Positions 1 to 14,800 of a stretch of 64,000 nucleotides of DNA are shown here, one piece after another (position 1 is the stretch's first letter; every line of letters begins with the position of its first letter). The stretch covers positions 19,960,587 through 20,024,586 of the forward strand of contig CM120648.1 of the NCBI GenBank assembly GCA_051362555.1, in the 5' to 3' direction. The notes under the pieces were generated by a model. It worked only from the letters and a program-made list of their open reading frames with translations, had not been told where the DNA came from and made no database searches. The position numbers and the translations under genes were made by a program. This DNA comes from Lingula anatina. Lineage: Eukaryota > Animalia > Brachiopoda.

Positions 1-954
1 AACGTCTGACATATGTAATGACTTGAAAACTGCGCTGCACTCCAACGAGACAGATGCGACTAATTGCTCATTCAATTTGGTAGTTGTGCCGCCACCTTTA
101 TTTCTTATTTCAATTTATTAAACCCTTGACCCCAACGGCTCATCAGAATGGAATACAATGACAATATAAAGTCATATCAACGAACTACCACTACAACAAA
201 AACTACTACTGATACAAATAATAATAATAATAATAACAATAATTCATTATACTGACGCTAATCTTAGCTCCGATGCACATTGTAGGTATTTCCCGAAGTT
301 GTTTAATTGTGAGACATTGTTAAGTGATAATAATTTAATTAGTTTGAAGACTGCGAGCTTTTTGACCTTTTAATATATATATATATATATATATGAAGGC
401 AGGGATCTTCTCTTGAAATAGTATTTATTTCAAAACATGTAGGCTTTACACATCACGGTCTCCTCTGCATTCACAGCAGCGAGGCGGTCCGGCTCGCTAA
501 AATTCTCAAGAGACTTGCTTAAATTTGTAAAAATAAATAAATAAATAACTCTCGCTGAGATAAATTACTACTAACAGTATTTTTTTATTCAGGTTAACTA
601 AAGATTATAAAGATGGTGAAGTAGCCATTCCTACGGATCATGTAGAAAGGTGATGACTAAGAAAATATATGGAAAAATTGGTCGTTTATAACTGACCAAT
701 ATCTGGAGAAATAATACAGTTTACATTCAAGTTGTTTTGTGTTCTGACCACCAATATCTGGCATATGCATATTTGTCATATTAAGATTTTTTATGTGTTT
801 TAAAAGGCAATTCGGTGTTAATTAAATTAAGACTAGCCATAAGGAAGTGCACATGGTGCATTTTGTGCGTTTTGGTAGTCATTTTAAGGTATTTTCATTA
901 ATTCCAATCAGATTTCTTTACCGATAGGCCTAAAGTATTCGTATTATGGTTTTC

Positions 955-1968
955 AGAGATCGTTTCATCTTCACCACCCTCCTGCAGATAAAAGCTATGC
1001 TGAAGAATAACATTATTGTTCTTACAAGGTTAGAGCAAAGATTGAAACAGAACAGAAGTCCTGATGTCTCAACTGACGAGTTTGCCATTCCTATGGAGAC
1101 TAGAGAAGATGTGGCAAGGGTTGAAAACATACTTAAAGATAATCATAATGAAATTACTGGTAAGTTGAAAAAATAATAGTGTGATTAAAATTAATGTAGT
1201 GATTGTTGTGCTGAAGCTACATATGGAATAAATAATAAGTTGATTTTTAAAATAGTGGTTATTTGATAAATGATTAATATAACATTTTAATCTGAACACT
1301 TATCATTTGTTGTATGTATAGGGCCTATATATAAATGTGCTTTACTAATTAAGAATATTTTATATTTATTTCAAAGGTCAAACCACCTTGCCACACTGGG
1401 AGGGTTTTCCTCTTAGGAAATGGTACAGTGTAGATAGGATCATGTCTACTATTTTTAAAACTAACAGATTGCATGCCAGTGTAACTGGATTGGGAAGTGC
1501 GGAAAGGTTGCACTAAAAAACCTGGCCTTTACAAAAGCAATGGAATGTTTGCATTTCGTAATGATCAAATAATGTTTGCTTAGATATATTTTTACATATT
1601 AATTGTATTATAATTATCCTGAAGTAAAGTTACAGTTCAAAATGTAAAGGTTGTTTCTTCTGAACAACTTTGCCTTTTTATGCTTTTTAGATATATTCTC
1701 TTAAGGATAAACGCATATCAACCGATTTCTGTCCTTTGATGAGACCATTCCGTTTTGTAACTCCTTTTTGAACCATTTTTGTTTACTGTCCAATTTAGCA
1801 CTGTTAAGATAGGAGGATTAAGTTAAGTTTTTTTATATTTTCATAGATGCAGGTAGATCGAGAGCTACGGAGGCTGAATAAGACATGCATCAAATTGTGG
1901 CTCAAAAATGCGCATGATAGGGATGGCGGCAGAAAATTGAGGGAAATCAAAACAAGGAAAAAAGGAGG
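955..1968 (+). pseudogene. Fragmented DUF4806-like gene relic (transposon accessory-gene type)
   Basis: Exon-like pieces read ...IPMETREDVARVENILKD (ORF 946-1176), then NHLATLGG...NWIG (~1380-1500, frameshifted) and WLKNAHDRDGGRK (~1898-1936), which resembles the DUF4806 C-terminus. Pieces of 1845-2345 recur, with deletions, at 2373-2560. Confidence 0.5.
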
Positions 1969-2580
1969 TAAATAAACACACTGGACAAAAGAAGTGTCAC
2001 CCCCTGCAGAGTAATGAAAGTTATAATGCCTGGGTCTACTTTTAATATGACTATTGAGTATAAAACCGCTGTACTATGGAATTGTATTCTTTTTTTTTTT
2101 TTTGTGAATTTTGATGTTTATAAAATGATACCAGGAGCATATCATTCCAGAGTCATTTATCTCCCCCAAAGTATTGGCTCACTTCTATTGTCCAGTGTGT
2201 GTAGGCCTAAAGAAAAAAAAATTACTGTTAAAGGTGATAACTGTGAAGAGAAATATCAGTTTTACGCATATCTTTTTTATCTGATATAAAATTATTATTT
2301 TTCAGTTACCTTTGTAGATCTACGGTATTTCTTTTGTGCGTCTATATATATAAAAAAAAAAATACTTTAACGGATGCAGGTACATGTAGATCGAGAGCTA
2401 CCGAGGCTGAATAAAACCGCTGTGCTATGGAATTGTATTCTTTTTTTTTTCTTTTGAAGAAGAAATATTAGTTTTACGCATATTTATTTCATATGAAATT
2501 AAATAATCATTTTATTATTTTTCAGTTACCTTTGTACGGTATTTCTTTTGCGCGTCTATAGTTTTGCTATTAAAAAAATA

Positions 2581-2675
2581 CCGGAAGTCGTGTTGCGCAA
2601 AGGATTATGGTCTATATGAATGAGGCGCCATTTTCTTCAACAACCAGGAAGTAACAGGACGGAGATTGTGGGATA
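2581..2675 (+). promoter_or_regulatory. Candidate TATA-less promoter upstream of the NHL exon
   Basis: Cluster of motifs in a CpG-containing patch ~160-250 bp before ATG 2834: ETS-type CCGGAAGT (2581-2588) and CAGGAAGT (2645-2652), a perfect C/EBP palindrome TTGCGCAA (2593-2600) and a YY1-type GCGCCATTTT (2625-2634). Confidence 0.45.
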
Positions 2676-2833
2676 ATGTTGAACATATTTGACAAAGAAA
2701 GAGATATGATCCGACCGACTTGTAGGTATATGGAGCAAGTGTTTATGTTACTGTGATCTCCAAGCTGCAGCACCAGAAGTGAACATAAAGTTTAGCAATC
2801 ACTGACAGAAATATTACAGGATCTACTGTCGGA

Positions 2834-3770
2834 ATGGAAGCCATGTTAGGGCAGTCTAGACGAGGTGTAAATCCAAGATCAGGACAGGTGACAGTACAGA
2901 CACAACCTCCATTAGCTGAACAGGAAACAAATACAACATCAGCTACACATCCTCATGTTTTCTTAGACAAGGCAGAATGTGTGCGTTCCTTCAGGGCTAA
3001 ACTGGAAGATGATAGAGAAAAAACCTTCATATCTGGGTTAGCCATAGATAAGGAACACATGTTTGTTGTGGATAATAATAACAACAGAACAAAAGTATTC
3101 ACACATGAAGGACAATTTAAGTTTGACATTAAAGTAAACAAACCATGGGATGTGGCTGTGTCACAGACTGGTCACCTGTATATAACATCATGGGGTGACA
3201 GATGTGTCCAAGTGTACTCCACCAGAGGTCAGCAGGTGACAACCATGGGTCAGGGTCTACTGGAGTCACCATGGGGTATTACACTGAACAGACAAGGTCA
3301 TGTGATGGTTTGTGACACAGTAAAGAAGTCTATCTTCACATTCAGTGGACAGCTCCTGAACACTATTCCACACAGTATGTGTAGATACCCAATGTACATC
3401 ACAGTGAACAGTGTGAATGATAACATTGTGATATCAGACTGGGGCAGTGACATGTGGAGACACTGTGTACATGTGCTGTCACCTACTGGTGATCATCTGT
3501 ACAAGTATGACGACGGCAGAGAAGGCAGTAAACTGAGTTATCCACGTGGAGTGTGCACAGACAGCTATGGTCACATCTTCATTGCTGACTTTAGTAACCA
3601 CAGGATAGTGGCACTGAGTCCACAGGGACAGTTTATCAGATACATTGTCACTAAGGATGATGGGTTGTGGTATCCCTGGGCAGTAGTCATCAACCCTGCT
3701 ACTGGTCATCTGGTGGTGGGAGAGAGGTTTGGCAATGTTAAGACATTCAAGTATACTGAACTGAAACAAG
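2834..3770 (+). CDS. NHL-repeat beta-propeller exon (TRIM2/3-type NHL, no RING/B-box)
   Basis: NHL repeats PWDVAVSQTGHLYIT, PWGITLNRQGHVMVCD, PMYITVNSVNDNIVISD, PRGVCTDSYGHIFIAD and PWAVVINPATGHLVVGE. Ends at a consensus donor CAAG|GTGAGT (phase 1); the unspliced frame stops at 3778. Confidence 0.9.
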
Positions 3771-4630
3771 GTGAGTAACATGTATTAACTGTGGGTAGAT
3801 ATGATTATTATGTAAAAAAATTGAAAGTTTATTAGTCTTACAATGTTTTTATCCATGAATATGTTTGCCTTTATTTCAATAAAAAAACTTTTAAATTCAG
3901 TGAGCACACAGTTGTGCTTTAGTAAAAATGTATGTAGAGTGGAGACATTTTCTATAGTTGATACTTTACTGTTACTGACAAATTTCCATGAACCCATTAT
4001 AGTGATTAGGATTTTGAATAATGATGAAGACCTCTTTTTAATGGAATTTATAGTATGCTTTATTTGTATTTTTATTAAGTCACAAGAAAAACATCTTACA
4101 TTGTTTAATCCCTGAACTTCTTGTCCATATGTCAGTGAAGAACAACTCAAGTCTCACAACAGAACAGTCCAATTCTTCATATTCTTCATGTTGTAGCTGT
4201 TCATGAAAGCTTAGATATACCTAAATTCTCAAATATATATATATTTATGTACTTTGTCAAGTTTCTTGATGTCTTACCACTTCTATATTCAAAGACATTT
4301 CATCACCAGTTTGTTGTTAACACACACAAATAAATTAAATGTTGAAGTACTTTGGATGATACCTTATTTTCCTGACTTTGTGGATTGTTCTTTGCAAATA
4401 AAACTAGCAGACGACCATTTTTCATGAAATGGAACTACTTTTCACAGGAAGTAATGTATTCATACACAACAGTGACCTTGGGTTTGGAATACAAAAAAAT
4501 AGTACTTGCATTTATACTGTCAAAGCATGCAAATTATAATGAAATATACAAAACTAAACACATTTTTATGTAACACAAAAAGTTAAATGCATTTTTATTT
4601 ATTTATTTATTTATTATCTATCTATTTATT

Positions 4631-4699
<69 letters not shown>

Positions 4700-4823
4700 C
4701 TGGATAAAAACCTTGATGAAATGGTTTTGACCACCTTTTTGGAACTTTTAAACTGCAGGCTGATGGACCCACATATTTATGTCATACACACTAAACGTAG
4801 ATGAGAAAGAATATATCACCATG

Positions 4824-4897
<74 letters not shown>

Positions 4898-7800
4898 GCC
4901 TTATATGTATGCACTACAGGTTCAATTCCAAATGTTATTCTTAAAAACAATTTTATTCTTATAAATAAAAACAATTTCTTAGAATGCTTGAAAGTGAAAA
5001 TTTCTGAGTATGATTTATTTTAAACAGAACAACTTAATGGCTGTTGACACTTCTGGATAGTCCAATTATATAGGCAAAATAAACCATAAAGCATCCTGCT
5101 ACAGGAATAAATAACAAATCATATAAATAAACATCAATGCTGCCATATCATACATAATACAATTTGGAAGTAGAGAGTCAGATCACTCACTGACACTACA
5201 GAATTTGAGTAATTTTTTACTTTCAGGAGTCAAAATTTTCCCGCCTTTTTTGAAAGGGTAATTTTAACTAGTAATGATGTGTTCAACCATATATTATGTA
5301 AATAAATTGTATATGAATTGGTGTTGTTTACGCTGGCGGTACTCATGGTTTTAGTCCCGACCTGTCTCGTACGGCTCCTGCGGCTCCGCCGGATCGTGCA
5401 GCTCCGCAGTAGGGCGCAGTCGGAAATGAGTCACCGTTACCGCTTCTCCTCCTAGACCACCAGGACCTGTGTCCCCATCTCTTGGATTTAGGTCACATAT
5501 AATCTCAACTTGAACACCCTGATTTTTTTGTCTCTGTCAGTGCATTGGCCTGGGCGTGACACTTGTTGAAACGCACCCTTGTCAAAAATTTTGAAAATTC
5601 AAGGCTAACTATCTCCCAAACTAAAGGAATTATGGGAAAATTACTACAGAAGTCTGACCGAAAGTCATATGTGGAGATTCCAAATATGCCCTTGGATTTG
5701 ACTTTTGACCTTTTTTTCAAAGTCAAACAAGCCAAAATTTTCTAAAAATGGAAATTTTCTGCAAAAAAATATTTGTTTCTGCTATTTTTAGGAAACTACA
5801 CAGATCTAAGCTCCCCTGTTATAGTGAGGGGTTACAATTAGGGACTCCTTTCATCTTTGGGAGTTTGGGGTCAATTGGTGCATTTTGACGGGAGAAGCAG
5901 CCATTAGATACTGAAACTGAAAACTTGCTTGTATTCTAGAATGGTCAATGCCAGAGACCTTTTGTTAATCACAAGTTGTAGAACTTGTCAAGTGCAGTAC
6001 TGGAGGTGGTGTCCATTTTTTTGTTTTCGATATGGTTTAAGGTATTGCGCTATATCAAAAATTACAACATTGCAATATTCAGTGGGGAAAATGTTAAATA
6101 TTCCAAAATTAGCAGAGATATGCCCATATTTACTATTTAACTTTCATAGGAAGTCATATACTGGTAATCTAATTGTGACCTTGAAATTGACCTTTGACCT
6201 ACTTTTCATGATGAACTGCACTTTGAAGTTTTCTGATCTTTATATCTCCAAAACTGGCAATAGTTACTTTTGAACTTGAATAGGAAGTTACCGGGTATAA
6301 GTAATCTAACTGTGATCTTTAAATTGACCTTTGACCTACTTTTCACCAAGACTGAACTTTGCAAATTTATTAGCCCTTATATTTCCAAAACTGGCAGAGA
6401 TACACCCATAGTTACTATTGAACTTGAATAGGAAGTTATATACTGGTAATCTAACTGTGACCTTTAAATTGACCTTTGACCTACTTTTCACCATGAATTG
6501 AACTTTGCAAAATTTGGTTCCCTTTAATCTCCACAACTGGCAGAGATAGGTCTATGGTTACTATTTAATTTGGATAAGCAGTCATATACTGGCAATCTAT
6601 ATGTGACCTTGAAATTAACCTTTGACCTACTTTTCATCATGAATTGAACTTTGCAAATTTTGGTTCCCTTTTATCTCCAAAACTGGCAGAGATAGGTCCA
6701 TAGTTACTATTGAACTTGAATAGGAAGTCATATACTGGCAATCTTACTGTGACCTTGAAATTGACCTTTGACCTACTATTTATGATGAACTGCACTTTGC
6801 AAATTTTCTTTCCCTTATATCTCGAAAACTGGCAGAGATAGGTCCAAAGTTACTATTGAACTTGAATTGAAAGTCATATACAGGCAATCTGACTGTGACC
6901 TTGAAATTGACCTTTGACCTACTATTTATGATGAACTGCACTTTGCATGTTTCCTGGCCTTCATATCTCCAATATTGGCAAAGAAATGCCCATAGCTACT
7001 ATTGAACTTAAATAGGAAGTCATATACTGTGACCTTGAAATTGACCTTAGACCTACATTTTTACCACAAACTGAACTCTACATATTTTCTTCCCTTCCTT
7101 CTATCAATCTGCAGGACCTGAAGAATACAAAAACAGCTTTTGTATAAGTAACCAAAGTTTATTCAACATATGACAACAAACACACTAACAGTCATACAAC
7201 TTCAAAATGATATAGACAAAAGTATGCATTTTGTTTTTTCTTTTCTTGATATTTTTTTGCATCAATTTTAGGATTCATGCGTATTGTACACATGACGCAG
7301 AGGTAAATAAAACACTGTGTCTACATGCAAATGTTCAGTGTGTATATGTTGCCAGAGTGTAGCCACTAGCGGCTAACTTCCAGCAACCCTCCGGCTTACC
7401 TCCGGCAACATGCTCTATATGTAGCTTCAGATAAGCTGCTAGCGGCTACCTTGTGGAAACATACAAGGCATGTTGCCAGAATGTAGCCGCTAGTGGCTAG
7501 GTTCCGGGAACCCTGCGTCTTACCTCCGGCAACATGCCCTGTATATAACCGCAGACAAGACGCTAGCAGCTAGCCTGTGGGGATACTATCCAGCAGCATT
7601 TTTATGTTGCTGGAGTACTCCTGCTACACTCCGGGAGTACTTCAGCAACATTTTAAGTTCTGTAAGGGCATGCATTTCTAAGTTTTATAGTAAGCACACA
7701 GCTAGGTGTTAGTAAAAATGTATGAAGAGTGGAGAAACTTTTTATGTATAGACACAGATGTGTCTGTACATATAGCCATCATCTGCGTCTGTCGTCGTCG

Positions 7801-8781
7801 CCGTCGTGCACTTTTACCGATAACACGATAAGTGGAAAACCGTTTTTGCTTTTGGCTTGAAACTTACAAAACTGATGAATATTCATAATCCGCAGGTCAA
7901 GTTCGAAAATCAGCGTGATCGGGTCATTTTTACGGAAGTTACACTGTTTTTTCACTTTTTTCAACATATATGCAACACTGATAACACAATATAAGAAAGA
8001 CAGATAGGCCAATTGTCATTTTACTCCCAGGGGTAGTCAAACTTACTAAAACGCAGGTTGAAATAAAAAATCGGCATAATCGGGCCTTTATTTTAGAAGT
8101 TAAGCTGTTTTTTCACATTTCCTCAGATTCAATTCTTAGGCATGTTAACAGTCTCATTTTAATGTGTTTGTTTGATATTTCCTGCATCTTTACAACATTG
8201 TTAGTTGATTATGTAAGAATGATGGTAAACTTGTTATCGTGTATTGTGTAATAAAGTGTCAGAAATGGAAATAAACTCATATCATTGCAGTTTGTGAGAT
8301 TCAATCATCCACTTTGTTCAGAATCTCAGAATGGAGGACATTGGACATTTAACACTGTTCTATTGATATTTTTCCCATCTCATCTTTGGCATTTTTAAGA
8401 AGTTCCATGAGCCTGCAGACCTTTGCTAGTCACGTTTTCTGAATGTTCATGTTACTAATATTCTATTATTAAAAATTGATGGTCATTATGCTGTTAAACA
8501 TTATGTAATGTTGAATCAAAATAGAAGAAAACACATTTTTTTGGTGCTGCTGCCATGATGACCATTATGGGAAAACTGTGTCACTTTTAACTGTCAAACC
8601 TTTAAAAAAGAAACACTGGACTAAAATGCAGAATGAGTTGGAAAAGCAGTCTAATTGGCTTCTTTTTGTGGAAGTTATACATTTGAGTGAAATATTCATT
8701 ATCTTTTTGGCATATTCATTGTGGGACTCGGAGCTCCTGTTACTGTCTTCAAACTTACAGGAAAGAAACATGGGTCAAAAA

Positions 8782-8867
<86 letters not shown>

Positions 8868-11800
8868 CAAAGATTAAAAGTTTGAATAGCAGCTTCATTG
8901 GAATTACATTTACCTCAGGCTCTGCCAAGGAGGTTATATTTTCACCCCTGTTTGTCTGTCATCAACATAACTCAAAAAGTTATGGACTGATTTTGCTGAA
9001 ATTTTCAGGAACTGTCAGAATTGGGCCTAATAGGACAATGATTAGTTTTTAGTGGTGGTCTTTGTCAATAATCAATCAATAATCAATAATAATCAACAAT
9101 TGCTGCCTTGGCAGAGGTCTGCACTCTCGGTGGTTTTCTAGTTTTGTTATGTTTTCCTTTACAATTTTTTCTCAAAAACTTGCATTTGTGACTTTTAACT
9201 CTCATCCGCTCAATGCTCTGCACATTTTCTGTATTTCCACATAAGCAATTGTATTGTTTTCTATGTCTTTAAACATTATGTAATATTATTTTATGCACTG
9301 TCATCATTTTTCAAATATTGAGACTTTCATCATGTGACTTTGGTCTCTCATGGTCCTGAAACTGTAATCTTATTGAAGGGGTGGATTGAGACCATCTTCT
9401 GGGTCTTCCGGAAGACAGCCAGGTTATTAAGCTGATATTAACTGGTATCTATTTTTTTCTGTTGGAAGACCATCAATATGGAGGATGGATCAACATAGAT
9501 ACTTTGGAATACTGTCAGAAAATATCTCAGGGTCCACTCCTGTTATTGACCATGTTACCTGTTGTGCATGATTAAAATTCAGTGTTGACTGACAAGTATT
9601 ATTATATACATATATATAAGCATTATTTTTTATTGCATCAAAATTGACAAAATTACCTTTTTTGCATCTTTATTTTCTGTTTTTTGTCTGTACATTTGAC
9701 AGCTTTGCTGCCTTGTTTACTGTTAGTGACCAATTTCCATTGAACCCATAAGAATTATTAGTGAGAATGAGGCACCTGCCCATCAGGCAAGTACAATATG
9801 TCTGTACATCTATTGCCCTGCTCCAAATGTACTTGGTCTGCTCCAAATTTTAAAAAAATGGGTGTTTATAAAATGTATTCTGAACAGTCTATAGGCAGAT
9901 TCAGTACAATGGCGTATGTATTTGTAGGTTGATTAGTTATTAACTAAAGAAAAAAAATTCATGTAATAATCTTAATAGTTATATACATAATACATGTATG
10001 ATGATACATTTCATCACAATATGATGCAAGCACCATCAAATGGAAACAAAAATAAACTTGTTATTAAACCAACTCAACAAATGTTTGGGCCAAGCAGATA
10101 TTTAGCATTGTACAATATACATGTACATGCTGATTGCCATTTCAAGTCTAAATTAAACAAACATCAATGTCGCCTACAAAACTGATACAACTGCACCAAA
10201 TATCTCTTGATATATGAAATACTTGTTGAAATGATGTTTTCAATAGAACTTATTTTTTATTTTATTTTTTTATTTAATCATAAGAAAAACATTCTAAAAT
10301 GTTGAGTCCCATTTCTTAGTATTATCATGATGCTTCACATATTATATATATCAAGGCTGTTGCAATGTTTTTTTAACTAGTAAACAAAATCTCTTACATT
10401 GCTACAACACATCATCTACTTGCTACAATTTTTACATCTGATGGTTTTTAGAAGTTACTGTCCCTGTGATTCATCAGCTAATATTGTTTTTATCTCAAGG
10501 TCAAACAGGCCAAAATCTCCTAAAAATGGGGGTTTAAAAAATATATATATTTGTGCCAATTTTTAGAAACTACACCGACCTAAGTGGGGGATTACATTTT
10601 GGGACTTCATCTTCGGGAGTTTGGGGTCAATCGTGCATTTTCACAGGAGAGGCAGCCGTTAGATGCCAAAGCTGAAAACTCTCTATTAAACCGGAACCCT
10701 TAATACAAGAGACCTCTTGTTTTTTGCATTACGTAGAGCTTGTCAAGCTCAATTAATACTGGGGTTGGAATCCATTTTTTTTGTTTGTTTTTGATATGTA
10801 GGTTAGGAGTTGTGCTATATAAAAAAGTACATTTCGATATTCAGTAGTGAAGCAAAATGTGAAATACTCAAAAACTGGCAGAGATACACCCATGGTTACT
10901 ATTGACCTTGAATAAGAAGTCACATACTGGCAGCCAAACTGTGACCTTGAAATTGACCTTTGACCTACTTTTTCATCTTAAACTAAGTCTTGAAAATTTT
11001 TTGCCTCTTTTATCTGCAAAAATGGCAGAGATACACTTATAGTTACTATTGACCTTGAATAGGAAGTCATATACTGGCAATCTTACTCTACGCTGCTTTG
11101 TAATCTGGAACATAGTCGATCTTACACGTCAGACTTTGTGTGCAAATCGACTTTGTGATTTATGAAAAATGTCTGTATACTTCACTTTGTTCTTCAGCAG
11201 TGATTCAGTATCCAGATTACACACCCTTTTTATCTATCTATCTATTTTACTCGAAGTTTGTTTTACCCTGATATAAATAAGGCACCATAGTATTTTTGGG
11301 AATTTCTCAATTCAATTCAAAAATTTAATTAAGCTGCGATTTATCGACTTTTGTCATCGTGAAAATGTGAGATTTTACATAACACACTGTTACTCTCAAG
11401 CACATATGCAGGCATCCACCTCTTTAGATTTTCTCTCGCTTCCTCTCTGCTATCACTTCACAATAAATATAACGTCTGCAGACATCATCGTTCACCTTAT
11501 CCATGAGTCCTTTTGTCAATCTGAAGCATAACATATGTATTACCAGGTGAGTTTAATGAACGGCTTCGCCGATTGTGTGAAAGTGGTAAGATTCCAGTAT
11601 ACCGACAGCGAGTAGCTATTGTTGGACCTTACGGTGTGGGGAAGACTTATCTCGCCAAGCGCCTCATCCATGAGGAATATATCAAAGAAGAAGATGCAAA
11701 TACAACTGGCGTGAATATATACCGCCATAGGTGTGTTGTCCATAAAGCTGGCCGATCCTGTTGGATCAGAGGAAAAGGTAAGCAGAATATAGGAAAACGT

Positions 11801-14800
11801 TTGACACATATGGAATATGTTTATAAAGAATACAAAGAACAGAAGATAAGACATTTTCAATTTTACCACATAATTCACAATAAGGAATTATACATACGTG
11901 TACGTGTGGGTGTCGAAATGTGTCCTTCCCTATCTTAGTATGGTAGACGAGGGGCTGAGTGAAATAGTACCTAAATAAGTGGTGCCTTTGTATTGTTATC
12001 AATCAATTAACATACATGACACTTTACAATCTACTCCTACAGCCCATTGATTATTTTTTAACTGGGTACAAACACTATAATTTCATTCTTTGTAAAAACA
12101 CCATGCTTTATTCTACTCAATATTGAATTGAATTTTTCAACGGTGTAGCCTGATACGTACACTCAGAAAGGGTACATTTAGATACAACGCTTGATCTACC
12201 TGTATGATCCTTCCAACTATTCTCAGATGATCCAAAAGACCAGTTTGCACAAAACATGGCAATTGGAGTACAGAATTCAGATACGTTTTGTGAGCCGGAC
12301 TTAACAGTATTGGACCAAACGCCACTAGAGGAATCCCCACCAGATTCAGAAGAGAATATTAATAACATGCTGACAAATAGAGGTATTGTACATGATTGTC
12401 TCGAATAGTTCATCTTGGTGCAATTTAAACAGATATTTGTAGTTATTCTTCTTTTTTGCCAAGAGATTCCACCTTCTATGTGTTTTTCTTTGGCCATTCC
12501 ACATATATGTGCCTTGAAAACATTTTTGTTTACTTCAAGGTTGATTCTTTTTCTGTTAGAATGTTGTTTGATATTATTCTTCTCTTTATTCTACAGCTGC
12601 TTCCCCTGATGACAGTGAATCACCTGCCTCTCCTGACAAAGCAGCAGGTAAGTAGTTCACATGTAGTAAAACAAAATTCTCGTGTATTGCTCAGAATGTT
12701 CGAGAGTTTTTCTTAGCTTGTTGATAAGGTATGTGAGTTTCTATCTTCTTATTTTCATCATACTGGGACTTTGAACTCACATGGGCATGAAGCCTGGTGG
12801 TAATCAAATTTTCTTAATGTCCATGTTTTTAATAGAAGATAATTAAAATTTTGTGGTATTTATACAGTTGACCATTATGTTATATTGCATCAAAAACCTA
12901 CTTTGTGCACTATCACCATAACGTTATAAAAAGAAAACTGTTACCTATTTTATATTTACAAAAAATGATTCTTAGGATTGACAAACAGCTTAAATTAGAA
13001 AAACCAGCTCTTTTGAATTATCCTTTTTATCGAATTATGCATTTTTTGTGAAATTTTTATTTATCTCATTCTGGTGTGAGCTTGAACTCTCATGGGCCTG
13101 AAGCCTTATGCTTTTACTTACATCGTTATATACTGTTGTGCATAATTAAATTTTGGGGTTGACTGTGCAGTTAAGCATTGTATTACATTAGAACTGACAG
13201 CCTCCTATTTTGTGCATTATTATTTTCTGCTTTTTTAAAATTGTGACTTAGATATTTCATGGGCCTGAATACCGTTGCTAGTCACATTTGGGTGACAAGC
13301 CTCTAATCTTCCATTGGGTAACTACTAGCTAAATTCAGAGCTATAAGGTCACTTGCCTAAATTAAGTTTCAAGTGGCAATAAAATGAGATCATATAAAAC
13401 ACACATGTTGAGATTCCCTGTAAACTCCCATAGGTTAAGTTTTCTGCCAGATAACAGTGTCCATAATAGGGAAGCAGTGATAATTATGCAGATAAATGTT
13501 GTTTAATTTTGCAAATTAGTTTTCAAAAAATTATTTTGTATAATGCCAACATTAATGCTAGTTTTAAAAGCAGCTTTACTGAAATGTTTTGTTTTTAATT
13601 TTTTTCAAACACTGAGGGTTTCAACTCAATTTTTAACTCCCCTCCACCTGAAGCTCTGCACATTTTCTGTTTTCCCACAAAAGCAGTTGTATTGGTATTT
13701 ATGTATTTCAGCATTATGTAACATTATATTATTCTATGCACTGCTTTCATATGTCAAATATTGTGATTTTCATTACTAGTATGTGAATTTGAACTTTCGT
13801 GGTCCTGAAACTGTAATCTTATCATAGGGGCAGATTGGGATCGTCCTCAAGGTTTTCAGGCAGACGGTCAGATTTTAAAGTTTACATTGACGGGTATCTA
13901 ATTTTTTTGTTGGAAGACCATCTAAAATGGAGGGTGGATTAACAAAGATATTTTAAAATACTGTCAGAAAATACATTTGGATCCGCTCCTGTTATTGACC
14001 ATGTTACCTGTTGTGCATGACTTAAATTCAGTGTCGATTGACCGTGCTATTACAAGTATTATTTATTATTGCATCAAAATGAGAAATTAACCTATTTTTT
14101 GCATCTTTATTTATTTATTTATTCATTTATTTTGTCTGTAGACTCGTCTTTCAAGAAATACATGCCTTCAAGAAATCGACGAAAACTGGAAGTGCATGTT
14201 TTTTGCACTGTTTTTCCTGTCATGCCCATCATAAACACTGTGTTGTCAAGTAAAAGGAAGCGTCTGATACAAAGTATCAAATGCGGCATTGACGTGCTTG
14301 CTTGCGATGTGTTCAGTACACTTTGTTTACACTGACAAGTCGAGGTCAGAAATGCACAATGTTTTTCTATGTAATTACGCAGTTTCAGTTTTGATTAGTG
14401 AATTTTCTTTTATCTGCATGGTCATTTTCCGAACATTTGAATAAGCCACGAAATATTTCTCATCGGAAAATCACCCAGCAGCTTTCCAAGTACAAGCGAG
14501 TGACGTCATGATGCACTTCCGGTTTTCGTCAAGATCTTGAAGGGATTAGCGTTATGGTTTGCTGCACATTTGAAGCGTTCTGTCTCAAAATGTACTTGAC
14601 TGCTTGGATTGAAATTTACAGAACTTATTCTTCACATGATATCACACATATGTGCTTAATTTGAGAGCTTTAGCTGTTATATATTTTCTACAGTGCCCAT
14701 TCAAAATTGAAAAAGAGCTATTTTCCGTCAATTTTTCTTGAAGGGCAGGTCTACATTTGACAGATTTGCTGTCTTGTTTTATCTGGGTACAAACACGACA

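Noticed and set aside
7300-7668. Possible CACTA-like right end (TTCTGTAAGGG with GTTGCC/GGCAAC subrepeats)
   Set aside because: No matching left end or TSD was found.
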